64,000 nt of DNA from contig JAZDQA010000008.1 in NCBI GenBank assembly GCA_043797085.1, positions 64,001-128,000 on the forward strand. The letters are read 5' to 3'. Shown here piece by piece: positions 1-9,978 of this stretch; positions within the stretch are counted from its first letter, which is position 1; each line of letters starts with the position of its first letter. The notes beneath the pieces were generated by a model. The model had not been told where the DNA came from, made no database searches, and saw only the letters and a list, made by a program, of their open reading frames with translations. Both the position numbers and the translations under genes were made by a program. The stretch comes from Pseudomonadota bacterium. Lineage in GTDB: Bacteria; Campylobacterota; Campylobacteria; Campylobacterales; Sulfurimonadaceae.

Positions 1-2
1 CG

Positions 3-1460
3 GCTAAATATGGATATATCACGGATTTGGTCAAAGAAAATCGACTTAGCGGACTGAATGCTTTGGTTCAATCGGCTACAACCGTGGCGATACTCTCTGG
101 AATAATGGTTTACACCTTATTGTTTGAAACTTCTTTGCATGGTTCATATAGCAATGAAAGTGATATTTTAAAACAAATTGCACCGCTTGGCTGGTTGTTG
201 GTGGGAGGGTCTGTTGTGGAGTATCTGCTGACGTTGCGATTGCCCTCTAAACTCCCTGTTTCTAAAGCTCCTTTGAATCTTCGTCGATATATTCGAGGAT
301 TTTATTTTCGCAAAAATTGGCTTGCCATTCGTAATGATGAAAGTATTTTAGAAGCGATTATCGTTTTATCCCTTTTTTGGGCAATCTCTCAAGTTATTTT
401 GGCGTCATTTGGAGCGTATGCAAAGTCTACTTTGCACCAAGACAATACTATTGTTGTCCAAGGTCTGATGGCACTGGCTGCGTTTGGGATTATTGCCGGT
501 TCGTTTATTGCTTCACGTGTCAGTCGCTACTATATTCATAACGGTCTTATTCCTATGGGATCGATCATTTTGACGTTTACCCTCTTTGCATTACCGTTTG
601 CTACGTCACTTACTGTTATTGGCGGACTCTTTTTTCTGTTTGGGATAGGAGGAGCTGCCATGATTGTCTCTCTTAATGCCCTGATACAGTCTCGTGTTCT
701 AGCTGCACGATTGGGATATGTCCTTGCGGGAAATAATTGGATGCAAAATATTTTTATGACAGGCTTTTTAGTCCTCACGACCCTTGCTGCAATGTTTGGC
801 ATGAACAGTCTTTATCTATTTTGGATGATGTTTGGTGTCTCTTTGCTCCTATCGCTTTGGCTGATAAAGCGTCATGGAGATTATTTACTTTGGCTCTTTT
901 TTGAAAAACTTTTATCTCTTCGCTATGATATTAATCCTATCGGTTTGCATCATATTCCTCACAAAGGGGCCGTTTTGTTGCTGGGAAATCATATCAGCTG
1001 GATTGATTGGATTGTGGTTCAAATCGGTATTCCGCGTCGTATTGGCTACATGATGGAACGTTCTATTTATGATAATCCTCTCATTCGTCCTATTATGGAG
1101 CTTGGTCGTGTGATACCAGTATCGGCTCGTGCTTCCAAAGACGCGTTTAAAGCCGCTCAAGCGCGATTGCAAAATAATGAGATTATCGGTATTTTTCCCG
1201 AAGGAGGGATTAGTGCTACGGGTGAAATAGAGAAATTTTATTCGGGTTTTGAAATCGTAGCACGGGGAATTGATGGTGTTATTGTCCCCTTTTATATTCA
1301 TGGCATGGAAGGGAGTCTCTTCTCCCGTAGATCAAAACAACGCACGTGGTCTCGTCGCCGTGTCCGTATCATCTATGGAGCACCTATTCCTATGGACAGC
1401 GACGCCAAAACAGTATATGATGTTATTATTCATCTAAAGGAAGCTCATGGCTCTAAATAA
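3..1460 (+). CDS. MFS (LplT-like) transporter fused to a PlsC-type acyltransferase domain (short Aas-like protein); 5' truncated by the window edge
   Basis: Frame is open from base 3 (AKYGYITDLV). Many hydrophobic helices followed by NHISWID and FPEG acyltransferase motifs. No C-terminal acyl-ACP synthetase domain. Confidence 0.85.
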   Translation, partial: AKYGYITDLVKENRLSGLNALVQSATTVAILSGIMVYTLLFETSLHGSYSNESDILKQIAPLGWLLVGGSVVEYLLTLRLPSKLPVSKAPLNLRRYIRGFYFRKNWLAIRNDESILEAIIVLSLFWAISQVILASFGAYAKSTLHQDNTIVVQGLMALAAFGIIAGSFIASRVSRYYIHNGLIPMGSIILTFTLFALPFATSLTVIGGLFFLFGIGGAAMIVSLNALIQSRVLAARLGYVLAGNNWMQNIFMTGFLVLTTLAAMFGMNSLYLFWMMFGVSLLLSLWLIKRHGDYLLWLFFEKLLSLRYDINPIGLHHIPHKGAVLLLGNHISWIDWIVVQIGIPRRIGYMMERSIYDNPLIRPIMELGRVIPVSARASKDAFKAAQARLQNNEIIGIFPEGGISATGEIEKFYSGFEIVARGIDGVIVPFYIHGMEGSLFSRRSKQRTWSRRRVRIIYGAPIPMDSDAKTVYDVIIHLKEAHGSK

Positions 1461-1818
1461 ACCAACCCAACACACTTTGTTTAAAAATACCCGCTTTGCA
1501 CTGAATGGTCTTGTTGAAGTGACTCAAAATGAAAGATCGTTTCGTCTTCAAATCCTCCTCTTTGTTTCGGGTATGGCAATAGCATGGATTTTGCCAATTT
1601 CATTTATTCATAGTGCTGTGTTATCGGTTGCTCTTTTTATTCCTCTAATCGCTGAGGTCATTAACAGTGCTGTTGAACGTACTGTTGATTTAGTTACTCT
1701 TGAACATCATGAACTGGCTAAACGGGCAAAGGATGCCGGGGCTGCCTTTGTATTTCTTTCATTGGCAATGTTGACGTTCATTTGGGCATTGACTCTTTAC
1801 GATGCATTTTGTTTGTAA
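1447..1818 (+). CDS. dgkA: Diacylglycerol kinase (prokaryotic DgkA family)
   Basis: 123 aa, three hydrophobic segments, E-x-x-NSAVE-x-x-VD and AKRAKDAGAA motifs. Confidence 0.9.
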   Translation: MALNKPTQHTLFKNTRFALNGLVEVTQNERSFRLQILLFVSGMAIAWILPISFIHSAVLSVALFIPLIAEVINSAVERTVDLVTLEHHELAKRAKDAGAAFVFLSLAMLTFIWALTLYDAFCL

Positions 1819-1839
1819 CCTTCTTTAATCTCTTATCTA

Positions 1840-1860
1840 TCCCGATTTGATCGGGAATCT
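1840..1860. repeat. Degenerate REP-like palindrome
   Basis: TCCCGATTTGATCGGGAATCT hairpin resembling the GTCATTCC...GGAATCC family found elsewhere in the window. Confidence 0.45.
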
Positions 1861-2003
1861 ATTCCACTTTAAAATAACAATCAACTATTACTATTTATTG
1901 TATAAAAAATAAATTACTAAAATAAACATTATTTAATTTTTAAAATGATAATATTGCAGATTAAATCATATTTATTCATATTTTATAGTTAGCAAGGTTT
2001 TTA

Positions 2004-5000
2004 ATGGCTAAAAATTTCGGAGCACGTAAAAATAGCAAATATAAAGTCGTAAGTTCGTCTCCGAGTGTCAATAAAACTCCGAGAGGGTCCTCAACCCCAA
2101 ACATTCCTTATGATGTACAACAGGACTTGGGTGGATCAGAGGGGACATCCCCGAATGTCTTTTTTAACAGTGATCCCGTCTATGTAAAAACCTCCCATAG
2201 TACTAAAGTTACCGGAGATAAAGAGGGGAGCTCCGGAGGGGTAAAATCGGGGACGGTCGGTGCCCAGTCCGATCCTATAGAAGCATCTCCGAGTGTATTT
2301 GTCAATGGAAAAGCAGTAGTGCGCGTCGGTGACAAACAATACATGCAAGGGAAAAATACGGTCGGTAAAGTGACTTCATCTGAGAGCGGAAGCGCAGCAC
2401 ATATCACCGATGAGGGAAAAATAGAGGGAATTACTCAGCCCGAACCCATCCCTGAACCGTATGCAAAAAATAAACCCACCAATAACTCAGGAAGCGGTTC
2501 ATTAGGTTCCCGCACCGGTTCCCCAGTCCTCCTTGCCTCAGGTAAACTTTTTTATACTCAAAGTGATGTTGAGCTTATCGCTTCAATAGCTTTTGGGTTA
2601 CGTCGAACTTACATCAGTGACGGGCGAACAGGGATATTCGGCAGAGGATGGCAAAGCAGTTATGAGACTCGACTGAATCGAAGCGATCCGCATACTCTCA
2701 GTCTCATTTTTACCGACGACCAAACCTATCGCTTCACCTATGCCGAGAAAGGCTTTATCGATACGGATGATTTGGGAGCCAAACTCACTATCATCAGTCC
2801 ACAAACCTTTTTACTCGAATACTTTCATGATGCACATACCGAGCTGCATGTGAACGGATTTCTCACCAAGATCAAAGATCGTAACGGCAATACTCTCGAT
2901 TTTATTCGCGAAAATAACGGAAAACTCATCCGCATCACTTCGCATCACGTCACACTATCCTTTAGTTACAACAAAGAGGGGCTTGTCTCGCAGGTAAGTG
3001 ATCATACCCACCGTGTATGGAGCTATACCTATAACACATCAAATGAGCAACCTACTCATTATACCCTCACGCATGTCACTGATCCGATGGGTGGGGTGAT
3101 GCACTATGTCTATCAAAAGAACGCCCCCTATTTACTAGAACGTATCATCGACGAGAGTGGTGTTACAATACTCGATGTGACTTATGATACCGTAGGGCGT
3201 GTTGAGAGCTACACCGAAGAGGCTCTTAGCTATACCTACCGCTATGAGCCAAACCGCGTTATAAAAACAGAGGCTACTGGGGATAAAACGATTTACGGGA
3301 TCGACAACTTCGGAGCCATTCGCGCTATCACCTATCCTGATGGTTCCACAACACGAGAAGAGTATCATGACAACATCTCTATCGTTATCGATGAGGGGGG
3401 AAACACCCATATCCGAGTTTTTGACAACCGTCACCGTCTCATTCGTGAAATCACCCCCGATAAAAGCACTATACTCTATAGCTACAAAGGAAACAACCCC
3501 TACCCATCACACATAAACCGTGAGGATAAAATCACGACGCATGTATATGATGAGCGTTACAATAAACTCAGTACCACATACAGCGACGGGACAACCGAGA
3601 GCTATTCGTATGAGGAGGTGAATGGCAAAGCCAGAGAGACCACCCTGGGGTATGATCGCGGCAACAAGATCACTTTTATCGACCGCTCCGGTGTCTCTAC
3701 CTCGTATGCCTACAACGATTTAGGACAACAGATCCGTATCAGCGATGCACTCGGAGGTGTTACTCAAAACGTCTATGATGATCTCGGTAACCTCGCGACG
3801 ATTATCGATTCACAGGAGCGGATCGTGCAGTTCGAGTACGACACCCTCTCACGACTGATAGCTATCACGGACAATGCTCTCATAAACACTCGCATCTATT
3901 ACGACAACGCAGGACGCATCAGTGCCGTTCGTGAACATAGCGGGGGGATGACCCGATATGCTTATGATAGTAACGGCTTTTTATCACGCATGATCAACCC
4001 CGCCGATCAGCTCCGCATCTACACCTATGAGGGTAATCGTCTCGTCTCGATTTTGCGTGAAGACGGAGAGAGTTACCGATTTACCTATGATAAAAAAGGG
4101 CGCAGAATCTCTCAGAGTATCGGCGATAAAACACTCTCATACAGTTACGACACCTTGGGTAATTTGTTGCGTATCGATGATGGTCTTACCGCTATCGAAT
4201 ACGTCTATGATGTCAATGCCAACATACTATTAGAGCGTTTAGGGGAGGAGAGTGTTTCGTATGCGTATAACACCGATGGTTCCAAACGCTTTATCGGCTA
4301 TGAGGGGATGAACTATCAATTGCAGCGTGATGAGAGGGGCAATCTTGCCCACATACGCAGAGGGTTAGAATTGTACGCCTTCCAATACGATCCATTGAAA
4401 AATCAAACCGCCCTCTCGTATCCCAACCGTCTCACCCAAAAGAGTCTATTTGACCCGTTAGGTCGACTGATAGAGCGGAGCGTTGCCGATGATACCCTCG
4501 TCTATACCTATGACAAAAGCTCACGCCTCACTTCGCGTAACAAACGTCCCTATCTCTATGATGAGGCGGGTCGTATCATCCTCTGTGATGAGGAGAGCTA
4601 TGCCTATGATGAGTTGGGCAATATCATCATCGACAACACCCTGATCGATCCCCTAACCCACCGATTGCTTCGGTACGGTGATAGCGATTTTACCTACGAT
4701 ACATTAGGACAGATGATAGAGAAAACCTCTCCTGAGGCCCGCACTACCTATACCTATGATATCGAGGGGTATTTGATAGGGTATCAGCGCACGGAATCGG
4801 ATTCGTCATTCCGTGCACGGTCATGGAATCCATCCCCCGTATTGGAACTTCGTTTCACCTACGACCCACTAGGGAGACGAATCAGCAAACACTTTAAGTC
4901 GTTTGTGGTGAGCCAGTCGAACCATGAAACGATAGAGGAGTACCACCACCGCTACCTCTACGCAGGAGACAACATCGTAGCCATCTATGATGCAGACACA

Positions 5001-6284
5001 GATGAACTGATTGCTACACTCTTGCATGATGAGGGGATTGATACACCTCTCTCCATCAGTGTTTATCCAACTACTCCTCTTAGTTCTGAGGAGCAATACC
5101 ATTATGAAACATTGGATGAGAGCGAGCAATATCTTTTTAGAGAGTCACGTATTCAAACCTATTACTACCACCGAGATCATCAGAACTCTATTCTCTCTTT
5201 GACAGATAGAGAAGGTAAGATTGTTGAGAGCTACAGTTATGATGCCTATGGGAAAATCATCCATAGTACCAAGAGTGTAGAAACCTATAACCCTTATGGG
5301 TATACGGGACGGGAGATAGATGCGCCTGATCTGTATTACTATAGAGCACGTTATTATGATCCTACTATAGGACGATTCATCACTCCCGACCCGATAGGGT
5401 TTATGGGTGGGGATACGAACTTCTATCGCTATGTTGGGAATGATCCGGTGAATTTTATTGATGATAGCGGGTTTAGTGCACACGCAACAGGCGAAGCAGT
5501 TAATCATTCTCAACAAATGCTTTCAAAAACTACCGCAGGAACGAATCCGACCCCTCCAAAACCTAAACCCTCTAATGGTGGAGGAGCTTCGGCTAAAATG
5601 AATTGCGGGGTTAAGGTGGCAGGAACTCCACCAAAACTAAAAGAGGAATGTTGTAAAAAACCTGTTCCAGCGATAGCTCCAACACCAAATTCACCAAACT
5701 ATTATCAACTTAGACATGATAATTATAATACAAGACATGAACCATGTGGAAAGATTCCTGGTCCACCTGTATATTATAAGGAATATGGTTATTATTATTG
5801 CAATAAGTTTTTGACTAAAACATATCAAAATCTATCACCTGCTGGGCAAAAATGGTTAAACGAAACTTTAAAATTGCTCCAAATATTTATGGACAAAGGA
5901 TTGGTTAATTTAAACTACACATCAACTAACAACAAAAGGTTTACCAATAAAGTCACAACTATTGGACTACAAGCTTTTTATACTGGAATTGAGTGTCGAA
6001 ATATAGATCATAAGGATTTTGCATTTGCGACACACCCTGATGCTTACAGACCAAAAGATATGAAAACTCTCCCTTGCAGCGATTTACTAAAAATTTCTAA
6101 AACTCCCGACTGGAAAGAATGGCTAGATGGTGCTACATGGGAACAAGCCAATATTATGCGTGAGAAAATGGGTGTGTGGTCAACTATTAACAACTGTAGC
6201 AAAGCAGAAGCTGGCATGAGAACCGATCAGATCAAAGAAAAAGCGGAAGATTTACTAGAATCTATACGAAGCTTATTCCAATGA
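2004..6284 (+). CDS. Rhs polymorphic toxin: N-terminal DUF4150 (PAAR-like) domain, YD-repeat core, variable C-terminal domain
   Basis: KTP...IPY...GGVKSGT...SPSVFVNGK PAAR-like N-terminus; many YxYD repeats; core end YYYRARYYDPTIGRFITPDPIG...DPVNFIDDSG; AT-richer tip from ~5472. Confidence 0.93.
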   Translation: MAKNFGARKNSKYKVVSSSPSVNKTPRGSSTPNIPYDVQQDLGGSEGTSPNVFFNSDPVYVKTSHSTKVTGDKEGSSGGVKSGTVGAQSDPIEASPSVFVNGKAVVRVGDKQYMQGKNTVGKVTSSESGSAAHITDEGKIEGITQPEPIPEPYAKNKPTNNSGSGSLGSRTGSPVLLASGKLFYTQSDVELIASIAFGLRRTYISDGRTGIFGRGWQSSYETRLNRSDPHTLSLIFTDDQTYRFTYAEKGFIDTDDLGAKLTIISPQTFLLEYFHDAHTELHVNGFLTKIKDRNGNTLDFIRENNGKLIRITSHHVTLSFSYNKEGLVSQVSDHTHRVWSYTYNTSNEQPTHYTLTHVTDPMGGVMHYVYQKNAPYLLERIIDESGVTILDVTYDTVGRVESYTEEALSYTYRYEPNRVIKTEATGDKTIYGIDNFGAIRAITYPDGSTTREEYHDNISIVIDEGGNTHIRVFDNRHRLIREITPDKSTILYSYKGNNPYPSHINREDKITTHVYDERYNKLSTTYSDGTTESYSYEEVNGKARETTLGYDRGNKITFIDRSGVSTSYAYNDLGQQIRISDALGGVTQNVYDDLGNLATIIDSQERIVQFEYDTLSRLIAITDNALINTRIYYDNAGRISAVREHSGGMTRYAYDSNGFLSRMINPADQLRIYTYEGNRLVSILREDGESYRFTYDKKGRRISQSIGDKTLSYSYDTLGNLLRIDDGLTAIEYVYDVNANILLERLGEESVSYAYNTDGSKRFIGYEGMNYQLQRDERGNLAHIRRGLELYAFQYDPLKNQTALSYPNRLTQKSLFDPLGRLIERSVADDTLVYTYDKSSRLTSRNKRPYLYDEAGRIILCDEESYAYDELGNIIIDNTLIDPLTHRLLRYGDSDFTYDTLGQMIEKTSPEARTTYTYDIEGYLIGYQRTESDSSFRARSWNPSPVLELRFTYDPLGRRISKHFKSFVVSQSNHETIEEYHHRYLYAGDNIVAIYDADTDELIATLLHDEGIDTPLSISVYPTTPLSSEEQYHYETLDESEQYLFRESRIQTYYYHRDHQNSILSLTDREGKIVESYSYDAYGKIIHSTKSVETYNPYGYTGREIDAPDLYYYRARYYDPTIGRFITPDPIGFMGGDTNFYRYVGNDPVNFIDDSGFSAHATGEAVNHSQQMLSKTTAGTNPTPPKPKPSNGGGASAKMNCGVKVAGTPPKLKEECCKKPVPAIAPTPNSPNYYQLRHDNYNTRHEPCGKIPGPPVYYKEYGYYYCNKFLTKTYQNLSPAGQKWLNETLKLLQIFMDKGLVNLNYTSTNNKRFTNKVTTIGLQAFYTGIECRNIDHKDFAFATHPDAYRPKDMKTLPCSDLLKISKTPDWKEWLDGATWEQANIMREKMGVWSTINNCSKAEAGMRTDQIKEKAEDLLESIRSLFQ
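3608..3655. repeat. 42-bp in-frame palindromic insertion in rhs with GTATGA direct repeats
   Basis: GTATGA at 3608-3613 and 3650-3655; internal GGTG..TGGC-AAA-GCCA..CACC hairpin; adds EEVNGKARETTLGY. Confidence 0.6.
4805..4832. repeat. REP-like palindrome read in frame within rhs
   Basis: GTCATTCCGTGCACGGTCATGGAATCCA matches intergenic 23437-23464 at 23/28 positions. Confidence 0.7.
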
Positions 6285-7468
6285 AAAAGGTTTTTAAAAT
6301 ACTTATGTGGATCGTTTTAGGCTTCATTGGCATTATCACTATAGTCCTAGTGATATTCTTTAATTTTCAAACAATCTCAAACTTAAGAATAGGATTAAAA
6401 ATGCAAGGTTTTACCGAAAAAACAACGCAATGGACAGATATAGACTTTTCAACGGTGATAGAAGGTGAAACACCATATATTGGTAGATACGACAATAAAC
6501 CATATCCAGCGTTAGAGAAATACAGGGTAAACGGTATTTATGGTATCAAAAATCTACTGTTAATCTATGGTACTGACGATATAAGCGCACTTGTTGGTGA
6601 TAAAATGCTTGAATACGATAAGTACGAACAAGCCTATATCTTTCGCTCCACTGATAACGGGAAATCGTTTGAAAAAGCTTGTTTAGGGCATGGCACAATC
6701 AGCTACGTTACAGGAACACCTATTTTTGCCAATAATCTACTTTACATCCAAGTCGATGAACAAGACACTCAAAAGGTACGTTATTACCGCTCCGAAGATA
6801 TGGGTAAAACATGGATTTCCAATGATTGGAAACCAACATCGGTCTGGAGGGATGGGACGATATTTATCGAAAACGAAGAAAATAAAAGTGCTACTATAAG
6901 TCAAGATCATAGTAAAACATGGCATCCGCTATCGGGTACACTAAAAGAGTTTTATGATAAAACGCAATCATTGCTACAACTAAATGAAAATACTTTAGTG
7001 GGCATGACAGACAACAAAGAATTTCTATTCCTTGATCTAAAAACCATGAAAATAGAAAAAAAGATTTTTGAAACGCCTGAGAATAAAAAAATAGTTGGAT
7101 TTGCTATTAGCAATCATCAGCTAGGCTTGGAGCTTGAAGAGTATGCTCTTAATGATGGAAGAGATATACAAACATCGTATTATTTTCCGGAAACTAAAGA
7201 ATATGTGAATCTTCCAAAACAGTTACCATATCACGTTTATTGGGATGTCAAAGATAACTACATTGGTGGAATTATGCATTATGGCGATGATGTGTTTGGG
7301 ACAATTGTTCATGTTTATACGTTAGATCGAGGCAAACACTGGAGTTATGAAATACTGGATAAATATAATCTAATGACAGCATCTGCGTATATCGATGGTC
7401 AATTTTGGTTTGTTGCAAGTAAAGATTCTGCTGGAGGTGTTTTTTTAACCAAAGGGAAAATTGAGTAG
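6281..7468 (+). CDS. Putative Rhs immunity protein; membrane-anchored BNR/Asp-box beta-propeller
   Basis: ATGA overlap with rhs stop; N-terminal TM helix; Asp-box repeats STDNGKSF, SEDMGKTW, SQDHSKTW, TLDRGKHW; AT-rich. Confidence 0.7.
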   Translation: MKKVFKILMWIVLGFIGIITIVLVIFFNFQTISNLRIGLKMQGFTEKTTQWTDIDFSTVIEGETPYIGRYDNKPYPALEKYRVNGIYGIKNLLLIYGTDDISALVGDKMLEYDKYEQAYIFRSTDNGKSFEKACLGHGTISYVTGTPIFANNLLYIQVDEQDTQKVRYYRSEDMGKTWISNDWKPTSVWRDGTIFIENEENKSATISQDHSKTWHPLSGTLKEFYDKTQSLLQLNENTLVGMTDNKEFLFLDLKTMKIEKKIFETPENKKIVGFAISNHQLGLELEEYALNDGRDIQTSYYFPETKEYVNLPKQLPYHVYWDVKDNYIGGIMHYGDDVFGTIVHVYTLDRGKHWSYEILDKYNLMTASAYIDGQFWFVASKDSAGGVFLTKGKIE

Positions 7469-7620
7469 TGGCACTATCCGCCAATAATGCAGGATGTATC
7501 AGTGCCGTTCGTGAACATAGCGGAGGGATGACTCGCTACGCCTATGATGAACGCGGATTTCTATCTCGTATGATCAATCCTGCCGATCAACTCCGTATCT
7601 ATACCTATGAAGGTATATAA
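7468..7620 (+). pseudogene. Orphan Rhs core fragment (50-aa remnant)
   Basis: 7486-7614 repeats rhs 3906-4034, with 40/43 aa identical. Confidence 0.85.
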
Positions 7621-7662
7621 AGAAATTGTAAAAGCAATGAATCTTGAAATCGGAGAAATAAA

Positions 7663-8390
7663 ATGAAAAAAGTCGGATTAATATTTATACTGATAATTTT
7701 ACAATTATCAGTATATGCTAGTGATTATTTTGAATTTAAATATACTAAAGTTGGCTCAGTTCAAATTTTTAGAAATGGATTGAAACTCGATGTCTCTAAA
7801 ATTGAGTATATTGCTGAACCTTCCAAAGGACATGAAGTTGATTTGGATAATGATGGAATTCCTGAGATTAAAATTACCTTTATAGACTTGGGCGGATCTA
7901 GCGGTACTGAGTCAAAATTTTTGAAATATGAGCCAAAAACAAATACTATAAAAGAAATAGTATCAAATGTTGATTTGCATAATGTAAAATTTATTAATAG
8001 TTATATTATTAGTTCTTATAGTGATGTTGGTTTCTGGTATGAAGCAGTTTCAATATATGATACTAAAAGCAATAAAATAAATTTACTCTATAAAGATCAA
8101 AACGGATATACTGACTTAGGGTTATTAAGACATAAAGGTAATTTTACTCAAATAGTTGATAAAAATAAAAATATTTTAGAGAGACAACCACTTATTCTAC
8201 CTTTAACATCTAAAAGTATTTTGTATAAAAATCCTTCCGAATCATCTCAATCAAAAATGTACCTAATCGCAGGCGACAAAGTTACATTGTTAGATAATAA
8301 AACTGACGAATCGGGCAAGAATGGTACTACATCAGCTACCAAGGGAAAAAAGAGATAAAGGCGTGGATAAAAGCTGAAGTGGTGAAATGA
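7663..8390 (+). pseudogene. Secreted protein with C-terminal SH3-like domain, frameshifted near 8317; candidate orphan immunity gene
   Basis: Signal peptide and DLDNDGIPE motif. KMYLIAGDKVTLLD continues in another frame as EWYYISYQGKKEIKAWIKAEVVK* ending at 8390. Confidence 0.65.
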
Positions 8391-8679
8391 ATCTCTCCCG
8401 TTGAAAAATAAAGAATTTCAAGACGTTTTACCTTGGTTTTTTTGGGCTAGTAAAAGAAGCAAAATAGGGAATTTTTTAAAGGTGAGGTATCTATCGACAC
8501 TGGAGATGATGCCGTAGAAGCTACCAAAAAAGCAATACAAGGTCTATTCAAATAAAAAAAGTTTTAAGGATATTCATTTGCCCTATTTTTTGAATTAATA
8601 TGTCATTTTGACATCTATTTGTAATCCTCTCTAAAATCCTACTACACTGCTTTTACTATAAATCAGGGGAGGGCATATA

Positions 8680-9966
8680 ATGATTATCCATTTAGACTTG
8701 GATTGCTATTTTGTCTCTGCTGAGCGAACGAGATCACCTTATTTGAAAGGTAAACCTGTCGTTGTGGTAAAGAGCAGTGATAGGGCAATATTCTCTAAAG
8801 AAGATACCACATGCGTTATGACACGCAGCGTTGGGGGATTTAACTCATTGTTTCAGCATGAAAAGCAATGGAGCCCTTACAATCCTAATCAATGGAAGAA
8901 AGATTTTTTAGACGAGCAGGGGAGAATTCACGGTATCGTTATAGCTAAAAGCTATGAATGCAAACCCTACGGCATAAAAACGGGAACAACCTTGAGTGAT
9001 GCCTTGCGCATGTGTCCGAATCTATTGGTAGTGCAGGGGGATCATCTCTTCTATCAGCTCACTTCAAGCCGTCTTGGCGAATTCCTTCAAACTAAAATAC
9101 CGGTTTTAGAACAATATTCGATTGATGAGTTTTGGGGAGAGCTAGACGGTTGGGTGGAAGATGGAGATGTGTATGATTTTATTGCCGCACTGCAAGAGGA
9201 GATATTACAGAAGTTTGATCTTCCGATGTCCATCGGAGCATCCAGCGCCAAATGGATCGCTAAACTGGCGACGGATTTTAATAAGCCCTATGGTATCACC
9301 ATTGTTCCCAAAGAAAAAATAATTGACTTCGTTTCACCCATGAGTATCGATGCATTTCCCGGAATCGGTAAAGCCCTTTCCAAACGTCTTGGAAGTTACA
9401 AGATAAAAACCTTAGGAGAGGTACTAGAATCCGCTCATATGCTTCAATCATGGGGCAGGGCGGGTGAAGACCTGATCAGACGTATTAGCGGCACTGACCG
9501 CGAGAGGGTTAATCCAAGCCATGATCGTAAATCCATAGGAATATCGCGCAACTTCACAGCAACCATGGACAGAAATGAGATAAAACGCCGAGTTATTATC
9601 CTCTCACGACATTTATCGCATACCATTAGCAAGCTGGAAGTAAATCCAACCACCTATTCATTTGCCCTCAAATACAACGGTGGAGCCTCTTCGAGTATCT
9701 CTACAACCATTGACCGAGCATTTAGCGAAACACTGATGCGCCATATTGCCGTTGAAACGATAAGCAAGATTGATAATCTTCCTCGCTACGGTATTCACTG
9801 TATTTCCATGTCAGCTTCCAACTTTGCCTCCGCAACAAAACCAAAAACGTTCTCCCTGTTCGATCGGGATGATGATGAAAAGTCTGTAGCCTTAGGGGAA
9901 CAGATCACAAAACTGCGCGACAAGTACGGAGTAGATATTTTAAGGTGTGCTATTGAGAAGGGGTAG
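8680..9966 (+). CDS. dinB: DNA polymerase IV (Y-family)
   Basis: IIHLDLDCYFVS, SYE, YSIDE and KWIAKLA motifs. Confidence 0.92.
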   Translation: MIIHLDLDCYFVSAERTRSPYLKGKPVVVVKSSDRAIFSKEDTTCVMTRSVGGFNSLFQHEKQWSPYNPNQWKKDFLDEQGRIHGIVIAKSYECKPYGIKTGTTLSDALRMCPNLLVVQGDHLFYQLTSSRLGEFLQTKIPVLEQYSIDEFWGELDGWVEDGDVYDFIAALQEEILQKFDLPMSIGASSAKWIAKLATDFNKPYGITIVPKEKIIDFVSPMSIDAFPGIGKALSKRLGSYKIKTLGEVLESAHMLQSWGRAGEDLIRRISGTDRERVNPSHDRKSIGISRNFTATMDRNEIKRRVIILSRHLSHTISKLEVNPTTYSFALKYNGGASSSISTTIDRAFSETLMRHIAVETISKIDNLPRYGIHCISMSASNFASATKPKTFSLFDRDDDEKSVALGEQITKLRDKYGVDILRCAIEKG

Positions 9967-9978
9967 GGGGATAGTATG

